A stretch of DNA of 64,000 bases from a virus, in the IMG/VR virus record IMGVR_UViG_3300036939_000021, positions 41,885 through 105,884 of that record; one strand, written 5' to 3'. How positions within the stretch are numbered: the stretch's first letter is position 1; each line of letters opens with the position of its first letter. Under the pieces are notes generated by a model that saw only the letters and a list, made by a program, of their open reading frames with translations, was not told the DNA's origin and ran no database searches. Shown here one piece after another: positions 26,197 to 35,000 of this stretch. A program made the translations under genes and the position numbers.

Positions 26197-27038
26197 ATAT
26201 TCAAGATATTTTCAAAAAAGATTTAGATAAGCTTATTCGTGGATATAGTTGTTCCGCTGCAAACAATCAAAAAGAATCCTGTGGAATAATAACCAAAGAT
26301 TTTGATTATATACATTGTGATAATCAACATTTAGAGCCTAATAATTATTTTGCTTTTAATCCTGGATTAATTAAAGGTTTAAAATCTGAAGATATTTTAT
26401 TAGTCTGGCATTCACATATTTTAGAATCTAGTCCTAGTTTTCTTAGTTTTCAAGATTTAGAGGCTTGTAGAGGTTTTGGTAAATCTCCAGATAAATATCC
26501 CTATTTGGTTTATCATACGTTATTTAATGAATGGGATTTTTATGATTCCATGTCACCTAATCCCTATCTTTTATCGCCCTATAAGCCTAAGCCCTCTAAA
26601 ATGGCTTTAAGCGATGACCCTAAGCGATATGACTTCTATATGGGCTTGCCTTTTGTATGGGGTCGTACCGACTGTTTTGGGGTCATTAGACATTATTTTT
26701 TAGGGGTCTTAGGATTAGATATCGGAGATTTCCGACGCCCTACGGAAGAAGAACAGAAAAACTTTCCGGGTGGGGATTGGATAAACCCTTGGGATTATTC
26801 TAAAAATAATTTTGAGTTAATGCCTAGAGGAGAAGATATTAGATTACATGATGTTTTCGAGATTGCACAAAATGGAGGAAAAGAAAGTAATCATATAGCT
26901 GTTGTGGTAGATGCGGTAAATATGCAAATATTACATTCCCCTGGAATAATTACTAGTAATGTAAGTAATGTCGAATTTTACGGTAAACATTGGCAAGTAA
27001 GAACAACACGACATTTGAGGCATAAAAGTTTAATATGA
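26190..27038 (+). CDS. tail tip protein K (JAB/MPN + NlpC/P60)
   Basis: ESCG..WHSH...S.QD JAB motif; FVWGRTDCFG..R..F...NHIAV...ILH NlpC/P60 motif. Confidence 0.9.
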   Translation: MLNIQDIFKKDLDKLIRGYSCSAANNQKESCGIITKDFDYIHCDNQHLEPNNYFAFNPGLIKGLKSEDILLVWHSHILESSPSFLSFQDLEACRGFGKSPDKYPYLVYHTLFNEWDFYDSMSPNPYLLSPYKPKPSKMALSDDPKRYDFYMGLPFVWGRTDCFGVIRHYFLGVLGLDIGDFRRPTEEEQKNFPGGDWINPWDYSKNNFELMPRGEDIRLHDVFEIAQNGGKESNHIAVVVDAVNMQILHSPGIITSNVSNVEFYGKHWQVRTTRHLRHKSLI

Positions 27039-27214
27039 ATATTTTTTATAATTGTGATTTTTGCTTAAATACAGGTTTTACTAAAAAATATCAATTAAAT
27101 AATAAGCCGTTTTATATAGCACCTAATATTTTAAGTTGGGGTTTTTATCAAATAAAAAAAGATTTTTGTGAATGCTTATACGGTAAACAACAGAAATGTC
27201 TAAAAAGCCTGTAA
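27035..27214 (+). CDS. small Cys-rich protein (59 aa, not in ORF track)
   Basis: MNIFYNCDFCLNTG...FCECLYGK; ATGA overlap with the K stop. Confidence 0.5.
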   Translation: MNIFYNCDFCLNTGFTKKYQLNNKPFYIAPNILSWGFYQIKKDFCECLYGKQQKCLKSL

Positions 27215-27765
27215 AAATAGTACTTTGGGGTGTATTAGGAGAGTTAGTAGTACCAGAAATTGAAGCGGAAGTTTCTACAGTAAAAGAAGCGCTTCTATGT
27301 TTAGACGCTAACTATCCTCATTTCTTTCAAACAATTTTAGATTTATCAGCACAAGGATATCATTATCAAGTTGTACTTAGCGATGAAAATATTTGTTTAG
27401 AATTTGATGGCACTAAACCAGAAGTTTATGCAAACTTTCAAATAGAAGGAAAAACTTTAACAATATCTCCAGTAATAGCTGGTGCTGGTGGATTAGGAAA
27501 GTTATTTATGGGTTTAGCATTAATTGGTATTGGAATTGCTACAGGAGGTACTGGATTTATTCTTGCTGGTATAGCAATGGGATTACAAAGTATCTTTAGT
27601 GGTAATCCTGATAAACCTAAAGAAAATGATCCAGAGAGTTTAGTTGTTAGTGGTCAAACAAATACAACTTCTGAAGGTACAAGAATACCTATTATTATTG
27701 GAGAATATTTAGTAGGTGATATGGTATTGAGTGCTACATATAAGACGGAATATAAAGCGTTATAA
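27196..27765 (+). CDS. tail tip protein I
   Basis: L.G.LG......V....EAL..L..., I.PVIAGAG, G..NT..EG..IP...GE..VG. Confidence 0.9.
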   Translation: MSKKPVKIVLWGVLGELVVPEIEAEVSTVKEALLCLDANYPHFFQTILDLSAQGYHYQVVLSDENICLEFDGTKPEVYANFQIEGKTLTISPVIAGAGGLGKLFMGLALIGIGIATGGTGFILAGIAMGLQSIFSGNPDKPKENDPESLVVSGQTNTTSEGTRIPIIIGEYLVGDMVLSATYKTEYKAL

Positions 27766-27810
27766 AAATAAACCATAGAATTATTTATATAATTCTATGG
27801 TTTATTTTTA
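27763..27810. terminator. bidirectional terminator, 22-bp inverted repeat
   Basis: TAAAAATAAACCATAGAATTAT / ATAATTCTATGGTTTATTTTTA. Confidence 0.75.
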
Positions 27811-27828
27811 ATATAAAAAACAAACTAG

Positions 27829-27978
27829 TTATTGATGATTTTCTGCTAATCCCGATCCTCCACAAGTTTTACAATCTCCTACTTCTTGCCAACCGTCATC
27901 CTTATAATTATATTCTGTTCCTGTACCTCCACAATCTTGACAAGTATCTAAATCGTCATCATCATAAGTTGAAGGCAT
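27829..27978 (-). CDS. DnaJ-type zinc-finger microprotein (49 aa, not in ORF track)
   Basis: MPSTYDDDDLDTCQDCGGTG...CKTCGGSGLAENHQ*: two CxxCxGxG motifs; AAGGA RBS. Confidence 0.7.
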   Translation of the reverse strand: MPSTYDDDDLDTCQDCGGTGTEYNYKDDGWQEVGDCKTCGGSGLAENHQ

Positions 27979-28069
27979 TTTTTGAAGTCCTTAATTTTCT
28001 ACTTCTCTAATATAGCAATTTTACTAGATGCTTGACAGCATATAGTAAAAATTATTTTTAATTAAAATA

Positions 28070-29626
28070 ATGGTAACACTCGATTCTCTCAAATACAGAC
28101 ACGCTGAACATCGGAATAATGCAGCATATTGGCAATTGTTAGAAGCCACAATCGAAGGTGGTGATAAAGTATCTGATTCCATAAAAAGAGAACTTCTGCC
28201 AAATCCAGACGGAAGACCGGAAGCGGTTATAAGAGAACGAATAAAATTAGCAACTTTTATAAATAAAATTTCTCCTATTCTTAATCGTTTTAATTCAGAA
28301 TTATTTTCTCGTCCTGGTATACCTACAGGTAGTAATGATCCGTGGTGGAAAGAGAAATTCTTTGCAATGGGAGGTTTATTAGATGATGATGATGACGCTA
28401 GAGCTAATTTTAACAATTATTTGCAACGATCTATGCATAATGCATTGGCAACAGGAAAAGCAATTGCACAGATCGATACACGAGTTAGTGCGTACCCGAA
28501 CAATAAAGGCACTCAACAAAGAATAGGTGAATTAGATCCCTATGTAATTTTGCATCCTCGTACTGCTTTATGGGATTGGGATAATTCTAGTGAAGGATTT
28601 AATTTTGTAAAATTACAACAATTTCGATTAGTTCGAGAAAATTGGGAAAACTCTCCAATACCTGAACATATTTTTACAATTTATTTTCGTAATGGCTCAA
28701 GAGTTTTAGTATCAAAATATCGAGTGCGACTACGAAATAATAAAGAAAAATTAGTAACACCTTTTATAGAACGTGTAGAAGAAAAAGATATAGTAATTAT
28801 TCCAGATAATGCTAACGGTGTTAGTTTAGAGAATCAGGAGATTTTTAATATTGGCGGATATTTTAAATTTCCTGTTGTAACGCTTACTCTACCGACTCCT
28901 CTTTGGATGGGGTCACAATTATTTGAGTGTCAGAAAAGTTATTTTAGACAAACAGCAGCTATTGAGTATGCACTTTATACAGGGAATTACGGTATTCTTA
29001 CAATAAATAATGTTGAAGATGAAACTGAAGATCCATTAGCAGGTAGACAAATAGGAGACGGTTATTATCTGTGTCTAAAAGAAGGTCAGAGTATCAATTG
29101 GTTAGAGCGAAGTGGAGGGACTGTAACGACAGCAATAAATTATCGTGCCGAAATCAAGAGAGATATTTACGACACATTACAACAAATAGCCATGAGTGCT
29201 GCTGATGGAGCTAGCATTTTAAGTCGTAGTGGTGAAAGTAAAAAAGAAGATCGTAGACCAGAAGAAATTTTATTATTAAAATATGGAGAACTTGTTAAAG
29301 AATATTCTAAAAATATTTTAGATTGTGCAAGTGTAGCTAGAGGAGAACGTGTAGAGTGGGAAGTAAAAGGATATGATGATTTTCTTACCGCAGGTCTTAC
29401 AGATGTTTTAGCTGATTATGCCGGAATAGCAACCGCTAATATACAATCACAAACATTTAAAAAAGAGCTTCAAAAGCATCTTATTACACAAGCAGCTAAA
29501 GCAATGGATATGAACCCTGATGCTGTGCAAAAAAGTATTGATGAAATAGATCAAGCAAAAAATATATCATTATTACCAGAAGCACAAGAAGCGTCACCAG
29601 TAAATATGAATGGGAATGGTTTATAA
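28070..29626 (+). CDS. portal protein
   Basis: W.....EGG..V...LLP...R...A.F.N, SGESK..D motifs; 518 aa. Confidence 0.8.
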   Translation: MVTLDSLKYRHAEHRNNAAYWQLLEATIEGGDKVSDSIKRELLPNPDGRPEAVIRERIKLATFINKISPILNRFNSELFSRPGIPTGSNDPWWKEKFFAMGGLLDDDDDARANFNNYLQRSMHNALATGKAIAQIDTRVSAYPNNKGTQQRIGELDPYVILHPRTALWDWDNSSEGFNFVKLQQFRLVRENWENSPIPEHIFTIYFRNGSRVLVSKYRVRLRNNKEKLVTPFIERVEEKDIVIIPDNANGVSLENQEIFNIGGYFKFPVVTLTLPTPLWMGSQLFECQKSYFRQTAAIEYALYTGNYGILTINNVEDETEDPLAGRQIGDGYYLCLKEGQSINWLERSGGTVTTAINYRAEIKRDIYDTLQQIAMSAADGASILSRSGESKKEDRRPEEILLLKYGELVKEYSKNILDCASVARGERVEWEVKGYDDFLTAGLTDVLADYAGIATANIQSQTFKKELQKHLITQAAKAMDMNPDAVQKSIDEIDQAKNISLLPEAQEASPVNMNGNGL

Positions 29627-29631
29627 ATATT

Positions 29632-30159
29632 ATGGGTAAACTTTCTACTTTAAAAAGAAAAACTGCTGCAAAATGGGCAGAATCAAAACACGCTAGAAAT
29701 CGATTAGGACAATTTGCTAGAAAAAATGCACCTGATTTAATTGTTAATACTGGTGGTACTGTTGGATCAATTATTGGAGGAAAGTTAGGAGGTGCTGTTG
29801 GTGCATATGCTGGCGATTTAATTGGTGGATTAGTTACAAGACAAGTTGTAAATGTTTCTACTTCAGCTTTAAGTGCTAGACAAAAATTAAAAGCTAATGA
29901 AGTCTACCAAAAAGCGAAACGTTTACAAAAACTTAAGATGCTTGGAGCTGCAACAAAAAGTGAACTTAAAAATCGTACAGAACAATTAGGAGACGATATA
30001 ACCGGAGATGTTACAGGATGGGCAATAGGTAATACAGCTGCTAATGTAGTAACAAATACTTTAGGTCGTAGTATTCCTTTAAGTGGTGCTGGTGTAGCAA
30101 TGGCAACAGTTCCAAAACTTGTAAAACTTAGACGAAAGATAGCAAATAGTACAAAATAG
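29632..30159 (+). CDS. basic glycine-zipper protein with W.ESKH.R..GQF leader (putative internal virion protein)
   Basis: Directly after portal; GGTVGSIIGGKLGGAVGAYAG zipper. Confidence 0.6.
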   Translation: MGKLSTLKRKTAAKWAESKHARNRLGQFARKNAPDLIVNTGGTVGSIIGGKLGGAVGAYAGDLIGGLVTRQVVNVSTSALSARQKLKANEVYQKAKRLQKLKMLGAATKSELKNRTEQLGDDITGDVTGWAIGNTAANVVTNTLGRSIPLSGAGVAMATVPKLVKLRRKIANSTK

Positions 30160-30218
30160 AAAACCACTGGAATTATATAGATTATTCCAGTGGTTTTCTA
30201 TTTTGTACTATTTGCTAT
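30139..30218. terminator. 35-bp perfect inverted repeat, bidirectional terminator
   Basis: Arms 30139-30173 and 30184-30218, 10-nt loop. Confidence 0.85.
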
Positions 30219-30478
30219 TATTGTATTTCGATTTCTAGGTCACGTTCAGAGACATCGCTACCATCACTCTGACGATATTCCATATCATCAAAACCAGATC
30301 TTACAGCATCTAGAATAAAAGCTTTTGCAATATCTTGTATAGAAGCTTCTGCTGTTAAACCTAAATTTAAAGCTAATTTTTTGAGTTTAGCTTTATTAGC
30401 AGGAAGTTCTAACGGAACACTAACATCAATTTGACCTGTTACAATAATCTCTAAAGTTTTTTCTGTTTTAGTTGCCAT
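30218..30478 (-). CDS. hypothetical early protein
   Basis: Driven by the promoter at 30495-30533. Confidence 0.7.
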   Translation of the reverse strand: MATKTEKTLEIIVTGQIDVSVPLELPANKAKLKKLALNLGLTAEASIQDIAKAFILDAVRSGFDDMEYRQSDGSDVSERDLEIEIQ

Positions 30479-30494
30479 TTTTTAGATTTCTTAG

Positions 30495-30575
30495 CGACTC
30501 CTCTATTATGGCTATAAATTTAATAGATGTCAAGTATTGACAGATGTTAATTTTTGTTATATATTTAAAGAGTCG
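30495..30575. promoter_or_regulatory. back-to-back early promoters
   Basis: minus TTGACA(30533)-17-CATAAT-AGAGGAGTCG; plus TTGACA(30537)-17-TATATT-TAAAGAGTCG. Confidence 0.85.
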
Positions 30576-30589
30576 AGTTAAACAATCTT

Positions 30590-30832
30590 ATGCTACATCT
30601 CTCAAATATTTCCATACATCCAGAATATATTATTTGTATAAAATGGTTAGTGACAAAAAAACATACTGGTGATGATATTCAACCAAGTGTTGCAATATTT
30701 TTAGATATTACCGAAAGTCATGCTTTAGATTCTGTTCTCTACTTTCCTATAGATTCGCCAAATGCTAAGTTATTAAGATATGCCGCTGATACAGGTTTAT
30801 TAGGAACATCAATCGAATCTTTTGATTTATAA
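30590..30832 (+). CDS. hypothetical protein
   Basis: ORF after promoter. Confidence 0.6.
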   Translation: MLHLSNISIHPEYIICIKWLVTKKHTGDDIQPSVAIFLDITESHALDSVLYFPIDSPNAKLLRYAADTGLLGTSIESFDL

Positions 30833-31064
30833 GAAAATGAAAAAAGTACAAGAAGAAGCTGATCAACTTTTAAAAGAGATGGTAAAGGATTTAAACGATC
30901 TTTTACCTGAAGGTTCTAGGTGCATGGAACTTCTCTATCAAGATGTTTTAAAAGAAAATATTTGGGTAGGTCGTTACTACGGATATCATAAAGGAGAAAA
31001 AGGACATTTTCAGTTTTCGGTAAATTTACTTAAAGATTCTATAACAGTGGCTAAAGAAGTATAA
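30822..31064 (+). CDS. hypothetical protein
   Basis: Coupled ORF (ATG at 30837 possible). Confidence 0.6.
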   Translation: MIYKKMKKVQEEADQLLKEMVKDLNDLLPEGSRCMELLYQDVLKENIWVGRYYGYHKGEKGHFQFSVNLLKDSITVAKEV

Positions 31065-31095
31065 AAAGCAAAAACATAATCGGATAACAACAGTT

Positions 31096-31141
31096 AAAAA
31101 GAAACCTCGGAATAATAAAGATTATTCCGAGGTTTCTTTTT
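31096..31141. terminator. 21-bp inverted repeat terminator carrying GGAATAAT
   Basis: AAAAAGAAACCTCGGAATAAT-AAAG-ATTATTCCGAGGTTTCTTTTT. Confidence 0.85.
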
Positions 31142-31166
31142 TGCTAAAACTTTTTTATATATGCTC

Positions 31167-31203
31167 TTGACATCTAGTATTTTTATAAGCATAATAGAGG
31201 AGT
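31167..31203 (+). promoter_or_regulatory. phage early promoter (repeat family)
   Basis: TTGACA-17-CATAAT-AGAGGAGT. Confidence 0.85.
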
Positions 31204-31227
31204 AGCTAAAGAAAAGGAAAAAATCAA

Positions 31228-31455
31228 ATGAGTCTTCAAGAAGTCGCACAAATAGCTCAAGCTTCTCAGAATATTCAGCTAGTAGTCGATACTATGTCTA
31301 ATGCTATGGTCTATCATCCCGAACTTTACACAAACAGAAAATGCTACACGGATGGCTATTTTGTAATGGATAAGACATCCGGGCGAATTTGGAGCTTTCA
31401 AACTCTAGATGAGACTGTTCGCTTTATTTATGGTTTAACATACTGGACACATTAA
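31228..31455 (+). CDS. hypothetical early protein
   Basis: Single-gene cassette with AAGGA RBS. Confidence 0.7.
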   Translation: MSLQEVAQIAQASQNIQLVVDTMSNAMVYHPELYTNRKCYTDGYFVMDKTSGRIWSFQTLDETVRFIYGLTYWTH

Positions 31456-31472
31456 GCTGACGAAAAGTAAAT

Positions 31473-31522
31473 AAAAAATCAAACACCGGAATAAGTAATA
31501 TTATTCCGGTGTTTGATTTTTT
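31473..31522. terminator. 22-bp inverted repeat terminator
   Basis: AAAAAATCAAACACCGGAATAA / TTATTCCGGTGTTTGATTTTTT. Confidence 0.85.
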
Positions 31523-31562
31523 GTTAGTTTAAATAAAATAAAAATTAAATTTAAATATACTA

Positions 31563-31597
31563 TTGACATCTATTAATTTTATAGCTAAAATAGAGAA
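31563..31597 (+). promoter_or_regulatory. phage early promoter (repeat family)
   Basis: TTGACA-17-TAAAAT-AGAGAA. Confidence 0.85.
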
Positions 31598-31616
31598 AAG
31601 CTAGAAAATTAGGAAA

Positions 31617-32012
31617 ATGAAAGCAAAATACAAAACTACAGAAATTACTGCTTATCCTTCTGGATATAAAGCTGAAAGAGAATTCAATAAGATTTTTACA
31701 GATGCTAATTATCAGAAAGGATTAGAACTTATAAAAGAGAGGATAGGAGAAATAGAGGAGGATTTGATTAAAGAAGATTACAACTCTATTAAATCTCGCT
31801 CTACTAAACGGCTTTACCCGCATTATGATAGACCTTTAGCCGGATATTTTTATCTAGCTTTATCTACTTATCGAGATAGCTTTAATAAATTAATTATCAT
31901 GCAATCACCAGAGACTTTAGAATGGGATAGCTTTGATAGAGATGAAGTCATATACAAAAATCCTGAAGGAGAGACAAAAGCTTTAGAAATTTTAAATCTG
32001 ATGCTAGCTTAA
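31617..32012 (+). CDS. hypothetical early protein
   Basis: Single-gene cassette with AGGA RBS. Confidence 0.7.
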   Translation: MKAKYKTTEITAYPSGYKAEREFNKIFTDANYQKGLELIKERIGEIEEDLIKEDYNSIKSRSTKRLYPHYDRPLAGYFYLALSTYRDSFNKLIIMQSPETLEWDSFDRDEVIYKNPEGETKALEILNLMLA

Positions 32013-32023
32013 AGATTGAGAAA

Positions 32024-32073
32024 AACAAAAAGAATCTCCTAAATAATGTATTATTTAGGAGATTCTTTTTGTT
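32024..32073. terminator. 24-bp inverted repeat, bidirectional terminator
   Basis: AACAAAAAGAATCTCCTAAATAAT-GT-ATTATTTAGGAGATTCTTTTTGTT. Confidence 0.85.
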
Positions 32074-35000
32074 AAAAATAGCATATGTCTTTGATATATG
32101 TACAGCAATCTGATATCCTTAAATTATTGACATTTGTTTTTAGAAGTGCTATACTTTCTACTGCTTCCAAATGCCAGAAACCAAAGTATTCAAATAGTTG
32201 CATACTATTAAAATTGAATATTGGTTGACCTCTACTGAAAGATCCTTCCATCAAACCTGAAGTAACAAAATTGCATTTAAGAAAATCGTAAGAAGCTTTT
32301 ATTCCTCTTAAAGTTACAGATGAATTTCTACCAGAGATATCAGCTATATTTGCATAAATAAACATTCTAAGAGCTATTGCAGCAAAATGAATAGTTCGAT
32401 AATTACTTACTGGATCAATTTCAGCATAAAAGTCTGTTGGAGGTTGAAACTTTTTATTTCTTAAATAGTAACTACTTAACCAATTAATAAAGCCCATACT
32501 AATTTTTTTAGCTTGTGCTTTTAATTTTTCAAAATCAGTAGGTAGCGGAATATTAGTAGGAAATTCACCGATAGCCATTCTGTACCAAGCATGAGCTACA
32601 CTTTCAGCTGGTCTAATTTGATAACCTTCCCAATTTGTATTAGGGTCAACACCCTGAAAAGAGAAAAAGTCATATTGACCTTTTTCAAGTTGAAGTGAGT
32701 CCCAATACCCCCAGACGTAGGTAGGAGCAAAAACACCATAAGTTTTATTTTTATTTTGTTGTCGATAAGCTTCTTGTGCGTCTTCTAAAAATTGTAAAAC
32801 TTGTCGAAGTCGATCCCAATAACCCATTTTGACGTACCAACCCGGATATTGATAACCTGTTGCTGGCGCGCCTCTCCAACCTTCTACAGTTTGTCGAGTA
32901 CCACTACCATCATCAAAAACATTTACAGTAAACGGAACAACACCGGGATTATAAGGAAGAATATCGCTAGGACTTCCTATAGGTTTAAAATCTCCTATCC
33001 ATAGAGTATGAGCAACTTTAAGACGGCTAACTATGACAGCTTTATAACTTTTAAGTGTTCCAAGTAATCTATAAGGTTCTTGACCTACCCAAAATATCCA
33101 AACTTGGCTAGCTGTTGGGCTAGCTACAAATTCAAAATTTGTAATAATATTTCCGCTGGGTGTTTTATTATCAAAATCTTTAAATTCGTTAGATTGAAAA
33201 CTAGATTTTACCCAATCAGTAGTCTGAATTGTTTTTCGATATTCTTTACCTGCAATCGTAAGTTTTATTATTGCAGTACCCTGTACTTTGTATTCCATCG
33301 TAAAAGGTAACGTTGGCAATCTTCCTAATAAATCTGGTGCAATACCTTTTGTTACTAAACCAGCACCAGCAAAATTACCATTAGCTGATAAGGTTATCTT
33401 AAAAACTTCATTTCTTATTCCGTTTATTTCTGGATACTCCTTTACAATATTTGCTACACCATCATCACCTTTATAGGTGTAAATAGGATTATCAGCGATC
33501 CTAGTATGCCAGACAGTTTGTGCCTCATCCCATAAAATAAATTCATTTTTATTAAAATTTGCAATAGTTGTTACATTAGCAACTACAGGTAAATATCTTT
33601 TATAATATTGTGAAAAATCAAAAGGATTGGGTTTAAGACTAATAATTAATTCTAATTCTGTTGTAATACTACAAGCTACTTCTACATATACTGTAGTATC
33701 GTCATCAAGTGTCGCAGTAACAGCATAGTTAGAAAATTCAATACTTGGATATTGAGCGGTAGAAGTTGGTATAACAACTTGTAAAAAATCTTTTTTATCT
33801 CCAGATATTACTCTGGAATTATTAACAATTCGATCATTTTTTGGAACTATTACAATTTGAGAACCCGGATAAGCAAAAGGATTTAATACATCATCTTTTT
33901 TATACCAATGTGTTAAATTTATGACTTCTGCTGAGATTGCCTCTGTATATTTATTACAGTTATAGGCTACTGCCCAAATAGGATTAGTAGGCTCTATTTG
34001 AGTCATACTCTCATAAGCATCAGATGCCCAGGGGAAAACATCAATAGCACCAAGAGCTTCTATAGGTCTTAAAAGTCTCCACATCGGATAAGCTTCAAAA
34101 CCTGTATTAGCGGGTACTACAGCACCAACATATGCAGCATAAACAACTTTAGCAGTACCAGTATAATTAGTTTTTAATTTTATTATTCCAGGGTTTTCGT
34201 TTGTTTGTGTAGGTGCTTTTCCTCCAGGTTGTGAAGATTCTGGATAATATCGAACTATTACACCTTCTAATAAAATATTGCTAGTCCAATATTCGATATC
34301 CCACCAAAATCCTCCTAGCGGTTCAGCATAAACATTTTGCCAAAGTAATTGATCTGTTTCTGGATAAACTCGATAGACATCACTAAGCAATTCTCCAAAA
34401 TTAGGAGAACCATTAGGAATAGTAGTAATCCCATTATTAAAATTTAGTATTAAATCAAAAAAGCCATAGTTTAAAGGATCGCTTGAAACTTTACCTTTAG
34501 TAACAAAAGATTCTGTTGTTATCAACCAATGAGGTACTCTAATACCTTTGTCGGGTGTCCAATTGGATTCTATTTTTAATGGATAAAAATAATTTAATAA
34601 CGCATTACCACAAGCAATTGCTAAATTTTTATATCGGACATCTCCCGTAACTTGGAAAGCATAAGCACAAGCTCTAGTAATAACAGCTTGTGCCTCTGTA
34701 GGAGCGCCAGAACTAGGAAAATATCCACCACGACCTAAAACCTTGTGGAAACTATTTCTAAGTACATATTGAGCATTAAGAATATATGGATAATCAGCTT
34801 TTTGCCATCTTAACAACCAACTAATAGCACCATTTAAATGCAAATCTAAATTTGTATCATTAACCGATTCTTGTAATTTTGCTAGAGTTTCTTCTTTAGT
34901 TTTTGTTATATCGTAATCCTCAGCAGCTTGTTTAAGAGCTGATTTTCTAAAAGGTTGATAGCTTCTTTTAAAACTTAAATCTATTTGCCAAAAATAGGGA

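Noticed and set aside
28024-28416. 130-aa minus-strand ORF and other short overlaps (1383, 2503, 3363, 6852, 8966, 10382, 10952, 29904, 32801-33476, 50105, 58614, 61547, 63093)
   Set aside because: They overlap better-supported genes and lack an RBS or recognisable motifs.
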